Assembly (NCBI GenBank): GCA_964619725.1 | Contig: CAZUFC010000004.1 | Location: 75,420 to 139,419, forward strand | Origin: an uncultured bacterium | GTDB taxonomy: Bacteria > CSSED10-310 > CAZUFC01 | DNA length: 64,000 nt | Direction: 5' to 3' | In this document: positions 28,920 to 38,651 of the stretch, piece by piece | Position numbering within the stretch: the first letter of the stretch is position 1 | Layout of the letters: each line of letters starts with the position of its first letter | Position numbers and translations under genes: made by a program | The notes under the pieces: generated by a model | The model's database searches: none | What the model was told of the DNA's origin: nothing | Seen by the model: the letters and a program-made list of their open reading frames with translations, nothing else

Positions 28920-29591
28920 CTACTTCGCATGGAATTGATTTGTTTTACCTCCAATAGCGGATTCAATGTCGGTTTTGGTCACAGGACCGTTTCTCAATAT
29001 CAAGGGCGGTCGACGTGTGATATCCAGGACAGTGGAAGAGCGGCCGAGACTGCACTTACCGGCATCGAAAATTTGTATCCCCTTTTCGATTGCAAATGAG
29101 TTAGTCAAATCGGCGGCGCTTTTTGCCGGTTCCTCACCTGAGAGATTAGCGCTGGTGACTACAAGAGGAAAACCGGTTTCTTTGAGAAGATAAAGGCAGA
29201 ACAGTTCATCTGGAATTCTAATTCCTAATCGTTTTTCCGGACCCGTCAGCCATTCAGGAACGTTATTCGCTGCCCTGCATATCATCGTCAGAGGTCCTGG
29301 CCAGAATTCTTTCATAATTTTTTCTGCAAAATTTGGGAGGGCAGACGTTAATCTTCTCGCTTCAGCGATGTCGTGCACTTGCAGGGGAAGCTTGTTCGTA
29401 ATTTTCCTGTTTTTAATTTTATAAATTTTCATGACAGCAGCTTTATTTCGGGCATCGGCCGCTAACCCGTAAACCGTTTCTGTCGGTATGACGATGAGCA
29501 TTCCTCTTTCCAGCAGGCTTGCAGCAAACCTGATGATATTTCTCTCCGGTTTTTTCCGGTCGACTTTTATTATATCTGGAGGGTGATTCAT
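28920..29591 (-). CDS. tsaC: L-threonylcarbamoyladenylate synthase TsaC/YrdC
   Basis: PTETVYGL, K.R...KLP, FWPGPLT, GIRIP, TSANLSG, SSTV. No Sua5 C-terminal domain. The start is uncertain (29591-29627). Confidence 0.92.
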   Translation of the reverse strand: MNHPPDIIKVDRKKPERNIIRFAASLLERGMLIVIPTETVYGLAADARNKAAVMKIYKIKNRKITNKLPLQVHDIAEARRLTSALPNFAEKIMKEFWPGPLTMICRAANNVPEWLTGPEKRLGIRIPDELFCLYLLKETGFPLVVTSANLSGEEPAKSAADLTNSFAIEKGIQIFDAGKCSLGRSSTVLDITRRPPLILRNGPVTKTDIESAIGGKTNQFHAK

Positions 29592-29781
29592 TTTTGGGAA
29601 TTCTGAGTAATTATTAGACTTCATCAAGCTTCGTTGAAGCTTGAGTTTGCGTTTGTGATTTTAACAAGAAACGATTGATGCGGCAAGAATTCAAATCGTT
29701 TTTACGATTTTTCCCGAGAAATGACTTAAGGCCTATATTGCTGCTTGCATGTTTCAATTCAAAATAATATATTCGACAACT

Positions 29782-30672
29782 ATGAAGGAAGTTCAGCATA
29801 AAACGGTCTGTTTGATAGGAGCGGGAAAAGTCGGTTCCACATTGACATATCATTTGGTTCAAGGGAAATATAGGCTGAAGTCTTTATTCGACATCGACAA
29901 CGACAAGGCAAACGTTCTGATTAAGAAAATCAAGCAGGGAACCGTATTCGATAAAGCTTCCGAAGCCGTTAAGGGATGCAATTTGATTTTGACGGCAACC
30001 CCGGATACAGAGATACCGCAAATCGCCCGGAGCATAATTGCAAGCGTTGAACCAGGCAGTATAATCATGCACGCATCAGGAGCCCTGCCGGCGGCAATAT
30101 TAAATCCTGACGATCGGAGAGACGTGCATGCCGTTTCTCTTCATCCTCTTTTCAGTTTTCCCGAATTGATCAAGTCGCCTGAATCGCTGCGAGGGATTTG
30201 CTTCGCTATAGAGGGTGATGTTGAAGGCGTGAAAGAAGCGGCGGCGATTGCAGAAATTCTTGGTGGAAAATACATAATAATCGAAACGAATAAGAAGGTT
30301 TTATATCACACTGCAGCCGTTTTTTCAGCCAACTTTACCGCCCTGATGCTGTGGATAAGTCAAATTCTGTTGCGTTCTCTTGATATTGAGGAAGATTTCA
30401 TAAGAGAAGGAATCGGGCAATTAGCAGGAGGGGTTTTGGAAAATTTCCGGAAAGACGGGGCGGAAAAAGCTTTGACGGGGCCACTGGTCAGGGGAGATGC
30501 TGAAGTAATTGAGAAACATCTTGCGACTTTAAAGCGCAACAATCCGGAATTCCTGGAGACCTATGGAACACTATCGCTTGAAATCATAAATATGCTTCGT
30601 TCTCAAGGAAACAGAAAAAGCGAAACTTTCGATGCGATTGAAAAGCTGATTAAGGAATTTAGTCAGAAGTAA
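29782..30672 (+). CDS. Rossmann-like plus DUF2520 protein (PanG-like ketopantoate reductase family)
   Basis: IGAGKVG, TPD, HASGA, SLHPL, YHTAAVFSAN, ALTGPLVRGD...H. Confidence 0.85.
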   Translation: MKEVQHKTVCLIGAGKVGSTLTYHLVQGKYRLKSLFDIDNDKANVLIKKIKQGTVFDKASEAVKGCNLILTATPDTEIPQIARSIIASVEPGSIIMHASGALPAAILNPDDRRDVHAVSLHPLFSFPELIKSPESLRGICFAIEGDVEGVKEAAAIAEILGGKYIIIETNKKVLYHTAAVFSANFTALMLWISQILLRSLDIEEDFIREGIGQLAGGVLENFRKDGAEKALTGPLVRGDAEVIEKHLATLKRNNPEFLETYGTLSLEIINMLRSQGNRKSETFDAIEKLIKEFSQK

Positions 30673-30984
30673 TAAATCTGCAGATCAACGCCCGGCTGAA
30701 ATCTCGTCAAGGAAACCTAATCTTTTCAGGTTCATTCAGCAAATAAAAAATACGATCCAGTATTACAGGAAAAACCCATCTTGCGAGCAGAAAAGAATTA
30801 GAACCGCAAAAGACTCGAGTCCAACTCGTTTCTTTTGCAAAAAGGAAAGAACAAATAGGGTGCGAGTGTAATTTTTCTTGTTTTTTATGGAACATCCATA
30901 ACCCCCCGGATTAAACAATGCCTCTTAGCGATCAATCTGAGGGGTTATGGACGTCATACGTTGATGCGACAGCAGACATCCTGT

Positions 30985-32367
30985 TCAGAAGAGTTTAAAT
31001 TTCTTTTTCTTTTTTGAATCTTTTATGTCGTCCGATTTTTTATTCTTGTCGTCCTTCGCTTCTTTTCTATCGATATTCTTTTTGGGAGCTCTGTCAATGT
31101 TTTTGTCTTTTTGTCTCATTTCCCGCTTTTCTCGTTTCTGAGGTTTCCTTTGAAATTGTTTTCTTTTTTCCTGGTTTTCGCGGGGCGCTAATTTAGGTCG
31201 TCTGTAATCCGGTCTTGTTTGAATATGGGGTTTGGAATCTCCTGGACGTGAAAAATTAGTTTTAGGATTATACTGGGAGTCCAAATTTCGTTTTTGATTT
31301 TCTTTGCTTTTCGGGATTTCGTATTCCAGGTTTCTTTTCGACCTATCGCCCTTCAATGACCTCGAATCGTCGTAATATCGCTGCTTTTTTGATTGTTCTA
31401 AGTCACGCGAACCGCCATCCTGTGTTTTTCTGTGATTTATTGATTTTTTTTCGGCACGCTTCTTGATATAGGTTTTTTCAATTTTGGGACTTATTTTTTT
31501 GATCTGGTTCAGTTGGTCTTTCGGTCTTACGATTTTTACGGAGCGGCCGTTGACTTTTGTCGTTTCGATGTTAGTGTCGACTTTTTCGAAACGCTTATCG
31601 GTCGCTCTTTCTATCATAGATTTTGCTGGAGGTTCTGAACTGTATTTGCTTTCGTTGAAGTATCGTTTGAGAGCCGCATTCTGTCCTGGAGTTTGAGCCA
31701 CATCAATGATATTGGAATTTCCGAACTGCTGCTTGGTTACAAAGGTCCAACCTTCGTATTGAACTTCATGAGGATATGCCATAGGATAGTTTCTCTTCGA
31801 GTAATCATCACGGTCTCTGCGCCTGCCGTCCCAGCCTCTCCTGCTGTATTCGCCGTGATATCCGGAATAACTGTAGCTGCTGTAGTAACTGCGAGGAGGC
31901 AACGGTCCCCATCCTATGTATACGGAAGCAACGCGCCATGTCACCCAGGCCGGACTCCATTCGTAACCCGGAACCCAAATCCAGCCGTAATAGGAATCAT
32001 ATATCCAATTGCCGTAATGGTGCGGGATGTAGCCCCAAGGTTCGTACGACATCCAATACCAGCCGTAGTCAGTCCATATCCAATAACCGCATGAGTAGGG
32101 TCTCCAGCCTGATTCAACATAGGGTACCCAGACTCTTCCGTAGGAAGGAATATAAACCCAATATCCATAACCTTCCAGAGCCGTTTGAAAACTGAAATCC
32201 GCGTGACTGTAAGAGCGTGAACTGCCATACCAGAAATCATGATCGAAATGAAAAGATACCGGGCCGGCATCAAAACCGAAATACCATCCGCCGGCTTCCA
32301 CATTCCTCGAAGCGCCGGCGATCAGCGCCGTCGAAAACATTAATGAGAGAATAAGTAATTTTTTCAT
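30985..32367 (-). CDS. Exported DUF6600-like Trp/Tyr/Gly-rich protein with a charged low-complexity tail
   Basis: Strong AGGAGG RBS and signal peptide MKKLLIL; L..YG.W...W.PY..G.W...W.SYEPWG....HYG.W...WSPAWV.W...GW.PLPP; K/R/D-rich C-terminus. Confidence 0.8.
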   Translation of the reverse strand: MKKLLILSLMFSTALIAGASRNVEAGGWYFGFDAGPVSFHFDHDFWYGSSRSYSHADFSFQTALEGYGYWVYIPSYGRVWVPYVESGWRPYSCGYWIWTDYGWYWMSYEPWGYIPHHYGNWIYDSYYGWIWVPGYEWSPAWVTWRVASVYIGWGPLPPRSYYSSYSYSGYHGEYSRRGWDGRRRDRDDYSKRNYPMAYPHEVQYEGWTFVTKQQFGNSNIIDVAQTPGQNAALKRYFNESKYSSEPPAKSMIERATDKRFEKVDTNIETTKVNGRSVKIVRPKDQLNQIKKISPKIEKTYIKKRAEKKSINHRKTQDGGSRDLEQSKKQRYYDDSRSLKGDRSKRNLEYEIPKSKENQKRNLDSQYNPKTNFSRPGDSKPHIQTRPDYRRPKLAPRENQEKRKQFQRKPQKREKREMRQKDKNIDRAPKKNIDRKEAKDDKNKKSDDIKDSKKKKKFKLF

Positions 32368-32432
32368 TTGAATCCTCCTTTCAAAGATCGTGATTATCTT
32401 TTCCCTCACGAAATCAAAACCGACATTTAAAT

Positions 32433-32478
32433 ATCAAATACCGTGCCGGCTCATCTGAATAAAACTAATTCATTGATT
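32433..32478 (-). promoter_or_regulatory. Putative sigma54 promoter with an IHF site
   Basis: Minus-strand CGGCACGGTATTTGAT (-24 GG; -12 GA variant) at 32448-32433, and AATCAATGAATTA (IHF consensus) at 32478-32466. Confidence 0.55.
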
Positions 32479-32823
32479 TTAAATGATATTATCCTCACAG
32501 CTCGCAGTTCCCGTTGCAGGCGAATTCGTCCTCTTTTAACAACAGACATGTATTCTTGAGAGGACAGAATGAGCATATTAATCGTTGACAGAACTGAGCG
32601 GCCTGAATAGAGTGAAAACCCTTAAATCCGGGAATCAAGGAGGCACATTCGCCCCGGTTTTAAGCTCTTGATGAGCTTACGTGATAAAACAATGCATCGA
32701 ATCTTAAAAAGAATTCAACAATACGGCAAAATTGAACTTGGCAAGAAGTCGTTGATTTGCTAAAAATTTGTAGATCGGTTTCGCTTCCGACGGGAAACCG
32801 AATTTTTGGATTAGGAGCAAAAA

Positions 32824-34602
32824 ATGAAACGAACAGATTATTGCGGTCATTTAAGAGGAACAGACGAAGGACGTTCTGTATTTTTAACGGGTTGGGTAAG
32901 AAAAAGCAGAATTCTGGGTAATTTGATTTTCATAGATTTATGGGACCGTGAAGGTATAGTCCAGATAGTATTCGATCCCGGCGTATCCGCGGAATTGCAC
33001 GAAAAGGCCGGGTCTTTGAGGAGGGAATACGTCATCGGCGTAGCGGGGAAGGTGCGGAAGAGACCCGAGGGTATGACGAATCCTGAGATGAAAACGGGCG
33101 AAATTGAAGTCCTGGTCGATGAGATGGAAATATATTCGATTTCATTAACACCGCCTTTTCATCTTTCGGATAAAACGGAAGCCTCTGAAGAATTACGTTT
33201 AAAGTATCGGTTTTTAGATTTGCGAAGAAAGAAAATGATGAAGAATCTGATTCTTCGACACAACATATCCAATTCTGTAAGAAACTGTTTGCATGAACAG
33301 GGATTCATTGAAGTTGAAACTCCTTTTTTCACCAGGTCGACGCCGGAAGGAGCCCGGGATTTTCTGGTGCCGAACAGAATACATAAGGGATACTTTTATG
33401 CCTTAGCGCAATCTCCTCAATTGTATAAGCAACTGATGATGGTGGCGGGAATAGATCGTTACTATCAGATTGCAAGGTGTTTTCGGGATGAAGATTTACG
33501 CGGCGATCGGCAACCTGAGTTTACGCAGATTGATCTGGAGATGTCCTTTATAACTGAAGAGGATATTTTTGAAGTGGTGGAAAAGATGATAAGCGATATA
33601 TCGAAAACAGCGCTTGAGAATGAAATCTCGATTCCTTTACCTCGAATGACATACAAAGAGGCGATGTCCAGATATGGAACCGACAAACCGGATATTCGAT
33701 ACGGTATGGAAATTTTCGAAGCGAATGATGTTTTCGGGAATTCCGAATTTAAACCTTTCAAACGGACGCTCTCTCAAGAAAGTGGATTGATTGCCGGTAT
33801 AAACGTAAAGAGTGCTGCAGACGAATATTCCCGAAAAAAACTGGATGAATTGACCGAACTGGCTAAAAAGCAGGAAGCGCCCGGACTTTTTTGGATAAAA
33901 TTCATGGCTGACGGTTCAGTAAAATCTTCCTTCGCCAAATACGCCGGACAAACGGAGATGGATTCTCTGAAGAAGACTGCCGAAGCGGAGCCGGGAGATT
34001 TGGTTTTACTGATAGCCGACGATATCTTCAGAACCAGAAAAACGCTTGGAGCGCTGAGGATTGAGTTGGCGCGTCGCAGAAAAATGATTCCTAAAGGCGA
34101 ATACCGTTTTCTATGGATAACTGAATTTCCGCTGTTTTCCCCGGAATCTACCGGAGACAGGCTGGATTCGGAACATCACCCTTTTACAGGTTTTATCGGA
34201 GATACTCCCGATTCTTTAAAAAAAGATCCTCTGAGCATTATTTCCCGATCGTATGATTTGGTTTTAAACGGAGTAGAATTGGGAAGCGGAAGCATAAGGA
34301 TTTTCAGGAAAGACTCTCAGCAAGCGATTTTCGATCTCCTTGGAATCAGCAATGAGGAAGCCAGGTCGAAATTCGGATTTCTGCTGGATGCTTTTGATTA
34401 TGGGCCGCCCCCGCACGGCGGGATCGCCTTGGGACTGGACCGTCTTATAATGATTTTCGCCGGGATGGATAGCATCAGAGACGTTACCGCTTTTCCCAAA
34501 ACGCTTAATATGACCTGTCCTTTAACCAATTCCCCGGCGCCGGTCAGCGAAGAGCAACTGAAAGAATTAGGATTATCCCTGGATGTTGATGTCCCGCAAT
34601 AG
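32824..34602 (+). CDS. aspS: Aspartate--tRNA ligase
   Basis: RTDYCG, RLKYRFLDLRR, STPEGARDF, LAQSPQLYKQ, CFRDEDLRGDRQPEFTQ, HHPFT, PPHGGIALGLDR. Confidence 0.98.
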   Translation: MKRTDYCGHLRGTDEGRSVFLTGWVRKSRILGNLIFIDLWDREGIVQIVFDPGVSAELHEKAGSLRREYVIGVAGKVRKRPEGMTNPEMKTGEIEVLVDEMEIYSISLTPPFHLSDKTEASEELRLKYRFLDLRRKKMMKNLILRHNISNSVRNCLHEQGFIEVETPFFTRSTPEGARDFLVPNRIHKGYFYALAQSPQLYKQLMMVAGIDRYYQIARCFRDEDLRGDRQPEFTQIDLEMSFITEEDIFEVVEKMISDISKTALENEISIPLPRMTYKEAMSRYGTDKPDIRYGMEIFEANDVFGNSEFKPFKRTLSQESGLIAGINVKSAADEYSRKKLDELTELAKKQEAPGLFWIKFMADGSVKSSFAKYAGQTEMDSLKKTAEAEPGDLVLLIADDIFRTRKTLGALRIELARRRKMIPKGEYRFLWITEFPLFSPESTGDRLDSEHHPFTGFIGDTPDSLKKDPLSIISRSYDLVLNGVELGSGSIRIFRKDSQQAIFDLLGISNEEARSKFGFLLDAFDYGPPPHGGIALGLDRLIMIFAGMDSIRDVTAFPKTLNMTCPLTNSPAPVSEEQLKELGLSLDVDVPQ

Positions 34603-34755
34603 ATTGTTGGTTGAAAAAGCGATGCCGGAAATATGCATTTTACTCCCTGGAAAAGGATTTTTAGAATTATATTTCCTTTTCAGGGAGCTCATTGTTTTCT
34701 TGACACGATAAATCACTGATGTTAGAAAAAAATGGGAGGCTGCTGAAATAGAAAT

Positions 34756-35736
34756 ATGGGTGATAATGACGAAATAGCGACCGTAAAGCTGCCCATCACC
34801 AGGAATTTTCATTTTCCACTGCTTTTCGGTCAACAATGCAATCATCAAAAACTCCTCGAAAGATCATTCAATGTAATAATAAGTCCTGGCGAGAATAATA
34901 TTTCGATCAAGGGCAACAGGGAAGCTGCGGAGAGGGTAGCGGCGATATTGAGAGAACTGGAGTCGCTGGCTTCGGAGGGGTATCCCTTATCGGAAAAGGA
35001 TGTATCGCTGATCATTAAAAAATTTGGAAAGGAGCCGACGCAACGTCTGCGTGAGGCCCTTTTCGACACGATACTGATTTCTTCCACAAAAAGGAAAATC
35101 TTTCCCAAGACTCCCAATCAAAAAAGTTACATTGACGGCATTCGAAATTACGATCTGGTCATTGCAATCGGACCTGCCGGAACCGGGAAGACCTATCTTG
35201 CGATGGCCATGGCTGTTGCGGCTTTACTGAAAAAGGAAGTGGTCCGCATTATATTGGCGAGACCGGCAGTTGAGGCGGGGGAATCATTGGGTTTTCTGCC
35301 TGGAGATATGTACCAGAAAGTAAATCCTTATTTGCGACCTTTGTATGACGCCCTTTATGACATGCTGGACGTAGAAAAGGCCAATCGGCTTGTGGAGCGG
35401 GGTTCTATTGAAATCGCCCCTATAGCTTATATGAGAGGCCGCACCTTGAACGATTCTTTCATCATTCTCGATGAGGCTCAGAATACTACGCCGGAACAGA
35501 TGAAAATGTTTCTTACGCGGTTAGGATATAATTCCAAAGCCGTAATTACCGGCGATATAACGCAAATTGACCTGCCCAGAGACAAGATCAGCGGTTTAGT
35601 TCAGATCAGAGAAGTGCTTGCGGGAATTCCCAGAATACATTTTATCGAATTCAACGAAAAAGATGTCGTCAGGCATGATCTTGTGCAGGCCATTGTAAAA
35701 GCCTATGAAAAATACGAAGCCAAAAAGACCAAATAG
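34756..35736 (+). CDS. phoH: PhoH-family ATPase (YbeZ)
   Basis: GPAGTGKTYLA, RPAVEAGE.LGFLPGD, MRGRTL, DEAQN, GDITQID. Confidence 0.96.
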   Translation: MGDNDEIATVKLPITRNFHFPLLFGQQCNHQKLLERSFNVIISPGENNISIKGNREAAERVAAILRELESLASEGYPLSEKDVSLIIKKFGKEPTQRLREALFDTILISSTKRKIFPKTPNQKSYIDGIRNYDLVIAIGPAGTGKTYLAMAMAVAALLKKEVVRIILARPAVEAGESLGFLPGDMYQKVNPYLRPLYDALYDMLDVEKANRLVERGSIEIAPIAYMRGRTLNDSFIILDEAQNTTPEQMKMFLTRLGYNSKAVITGDITQIDLPRDKISGLVQIREVLAGIPRIHFIEFNEKDVVRHDLVQAIVKAYEKYEAKKTK

Positions 35737-38104
35737 CTTCGAAAAAAGAAAAGTATTCTATAAAAGGCTGCTCAGGCGTCTTAATTCCGTCATGCCGTCG
35801 GAGAAATGGCGCAAAAGAATCACTGCGCTTCTCACGGGATTAATCATTACGCTTATCATTATTCCTTCTCGAACCCCTTCTATTCCTGATTTTCGAGTCG
35901 GTGAAATCGCCCCTAAAGACATTCGGTCGATATACCATTTTTCTATTGAAGATAAGGAAACGACGGAGAAAAGAAGAGACGAGTCTGCGTCAAAAGTTAG
36001 ACCGATTTATGATTTCGACAGCTCGTATGCTGAAATGACGGCTGATTCTGTAAGGCAGTTCTTCAGAGAAGGCAGGATTAGGCTTGTTGAGGAAGAGAAA
36101 GTTCATGAAGAAGAACAGAGGCCGGAATCTCAACAGGAAGAAAGGCAGCAAGAGCAGATAGAGATGACCCCGGCAGCAGATGAGGAATCCGGTGAACCCG
36201 GCGAGCAAGGTCGGGAGATTTATAAAAATTTAACGGAGAGGTATAAAATTCCGATTTCGTACGAACAGTATGAAATCATTAAATCGACTGGATTCGATCG
36301 TTTACTGGAGAACAGAATAGTTGAATTGTTGAATCTCATTTTCAATATCGGCGTAGTGGATAATAAAGCTATGTTAATTCTCGAAGGAACCGAGGGAATT
36401 AAAAAAAGAAATACTCAAACGAATTATAGGACGCGTGTTACCGATCTTGAACGTTTTCTGTCCATGGAAGAAGCTAGAAAGCGCGTGGAAAGAGAAGCCC
36501 AAAGAATATTTCCCCTGGATGATCAAAAAAGAAAGATAATCGTTGAAATGGTCACAGGTTTCCTTAAACCCAATCTTTCTCCTAATTTGGTGTTGACTAA
36601 AAAAATCAGACGGGAAGCTCGAGAAGAGGTCAGCCCAGTCTTTTTTCAGGTTAAAAAAGGAGAAATGATCGTCAGGGAAGGAGATCGCATCAATGAAGAA
36701 GATGTCGCAATTTTAAGGCATTTAAAGAAAATGAGGCAGTCAGGTAATGTTGAATTGAATTTCGCTGGATACTTTTTAGTCGTTATTCTGATATTATACG
36801 TTTTCCAGGCCATTGTCGAAAAAGTGACGGGCGAGAATAAATTTCCTGATAAAACGTTTAACGTCATTTGCGTGATCCTTGTACTGGGAATTCTGACTCC
36901 CAGGATATTCATTTTTTTATCGGAATACGTGGCTGATGCTGCAGAAAAATTTCCTTATAATTCAGTCCATTCTTATTATTTTGCAGCGCCCTATGCCCTG
37001 GGGCCATTAATAATTGGTTTTCTGGTGAATCTGCCCGTAGCGGTTATTTCATCAGTAGTCTTCGGACTGATGAATTCTCTCGCCGTTGGAACAGACCTGG
37101 AAATAGGACTTTTTGCAACAATCGGCGCTCTTTTCGGATTGCTGGGGATACCTCGATACAAACAAAGGACCGTAATTTTATTCAGCGGTTTGCTTGTAAG
37201 TCTCGCCAATATAGGATTACTCACTGCTTTAAATCTTTCCAGAGACTTTACCTCGATTCTGTTAGGATCGTTCGAAATTTTGTGCGGAATAATAGGAGGA
37301 TTGCTCACTGCTTCAATAGCGATGGTGATAATCCCCGGTCTGGAAAGTCTTTTTCAGATATCCACGGATATGCGTCTCCTGGAATTATCCAACTCAGAAC
37401 ATCCTCTTCTCAAAAAATTGGCGCTTGTAGCTCCGGGAACTTATCATCATAGCATTATGGTCGGCACCCTGGCTGAAGCCGCTGCGGAAAAAATCGGGGC
37501 TAATACTTTGTTGGCAAAGGTCGGAGCTTATTATCACGATATCGGTAAAATCTCCAAACCCCTTTATTTCATCGAAAATTGTCCGCATGCGAAAAGACGT
37601 CACGATAACCTCGCCTCGCACCTCAGCCGGCTGATTCTCATTTCTCACGTGAAAGAAGGCGTTGAAATGGCTAAAAAACACAGATTGAGCAAAGAGATAA
37701 TCGATATCATTCAGCAACATCACGGCACAAGTTTAATTTCTTATTTCTATCGAAAAGCGATAGAAACGGAATCGCCTAAACAGTCTTCTGTAAAAAAAGA
37801 AGACTTTAGATATCCGGGCCCCAAGCCCAAGACCAAAGAAGCGGCTATCGTACTGTTGGCCGATTCGGTCGAAGCAGCCTTCAGAGCTCAATTTAACTCA
37901 AATCCCAATACTTTTAGGGAATTGATACGAAAAATCACTAACGAAAAATTCCTGGACAGACAGTTCGATGAAAGCAATCTTTCCTTTAAAGAGTTTACGA
38001 AAATACATGATGCGCTGTTTCAGACCTTGTTGAAGTATAATCATCAGCGAATCCCTTATCCTGAAGAACCTGCAGAGGATAAGAAGATTCAGCGAATCAT
38101 ATGA
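35705..38104 (+). CDS. 7TMR-HD phosphohydrolase (PgpH-like cyclic di-AMP phosphodiesterase family)
   Basis: Extracellular 7TMR-HDED domain (VKKGEMIVREG), 7 TM segments, APGTYHHS, YYHDIGK, HHGT, FRYPGPKP, LADSVEAA. Confidence 0.92.
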   Translation: MKNTKPKRPNSFEKRKVFYKRLLRRLNSVMPSEKWRKRITALLTGLIITLIIIPSRTPSIPDFRVGEIAPKDIRSIYHFSIEDKETTEKRRDESASKVRPIYDFDSSYAEMTADSVRQFFREGRIRLVEEEKVHEEEQRPESQQEERQQEQIEMTPAADEESGEPGEQGREIYKNLTERYKIPISYEQYEIIKSTGFDRLLENRIVELLNLIFNIGVVDNKAMLILEGTEGIKKRNTQTNYRTRVTDLERFLSMEEARKRVEREAQRIFPLDDQKRKIIVEMVTGFLKPNLSPNLVLTKKIRREAREEVSPVFFQVKKGEMIVREGDRINEEDVAILRHLKKMRQSGNVELNFAGYFLVVILILYVFQAIVEKVTGENKFPDKTFNVICVILVLGILTPRIFIFLSEYVADAAEKFPYNSVHSYYFAAPYALGPLIIGFLVNLPVAVISSVVFGLMNSLAVGTDLEIGLFATIGALFGLLGIPRYKQRTVILFSGLLVSLANIGLLTALNLSRDFTSILLGSFEILCGIIGGLLTASIAMVIIPGLESLFQISTDMRLLELSNSEHPLLKKLALVAPGTYHHSIMVGTLAEAAAEKIGANTLLAKVGAYYHDIGKISKPLYFIENCPHAKRRHDNLASHLSRLILISHVKEGVEMAKKHRLSKEIIDIIQQHHGTSLISYFYRKAIETESPKQSSVKKEDFRYPGPKPKTKEAAIVLLADSVEAAFRAQFNSNPNTFRELIRKITNEKFLDRQFDESNLSFKEFTKIHDALFQTLLKYNHQRIPYPEEPAEDKKIQRII

Positions 38105-38117
38105 GTAGATAATAATT

Positions 38118-38639
38118 GTGGACGAATCTCGAAAAATCAATTGCGTTGTCGACGTGGTGCAGGATGAAGAGAGCTTATTGATCGATTACAAAAAATTAAA
38201 AGCATTCATCGTCGACATTGCCGGAATTTTACTTTTAGATTCCATAGAAGTCTCAATCCTTTTGACGAATGATGAACGAATTAAAAAAATAAATTACAAA
38301 TATCGAAATATAAACGAAAAAACCGATACCGTCTCTTTTCCGCAGTTTGAAAAAAATGATTTGAATCAGTTATTGAAACAAAAAGCAAACGGCCTCGAAG
38401 TGACTCCTCCGATTATCCTGGGAGACATCGTAATCTCTCTGGAAACCATAAGAAAAAGCGCAGGACCTGATTTACAAAAATTAAACGCTGAATTCAAATT
38501 CATTCTCATTCATTCGTTTTTGCATTTGCTGGGTTATGATCATGCAGGAACAAAAGAAAGCCTTGAGATGAAACGAATGGAAAATAAATTGATCGCTGAA
38601 TTAAAACATTACGACCAAATTGTAAAATCGTACTCATAA
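38118..38639 (+). CDS. ybeY: rRNA maturation factor YbeY
   Basis: N..YR..N..TDTVSF, LGDIVIS, HSFLHLLGYDH. Confidence 0.95.
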   Translation: MDESRKINCVVDVVQDEESLLIDYKKLKAFIVDIAGILLLDSIEVSILLTNDERIKKINYKYRNINEKTDTVSFPQFEKNDLNQLLKQKANGLEVTPPIILGDIVISLETIRKSAGPDLQKLNAEFKFILIHSFLHLLGYDHAGTKESLEMKRMENKLIAELKHYDQIVKSYS

Positions 38640-38651
38640 GGAGGGCTTTAG

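Noticed and set aside
32601-32801. Hairpins upstream of aspS as a T-box or riboswitch
   Set aside because: No T-box sequence, terminator or recognisable aptamer.
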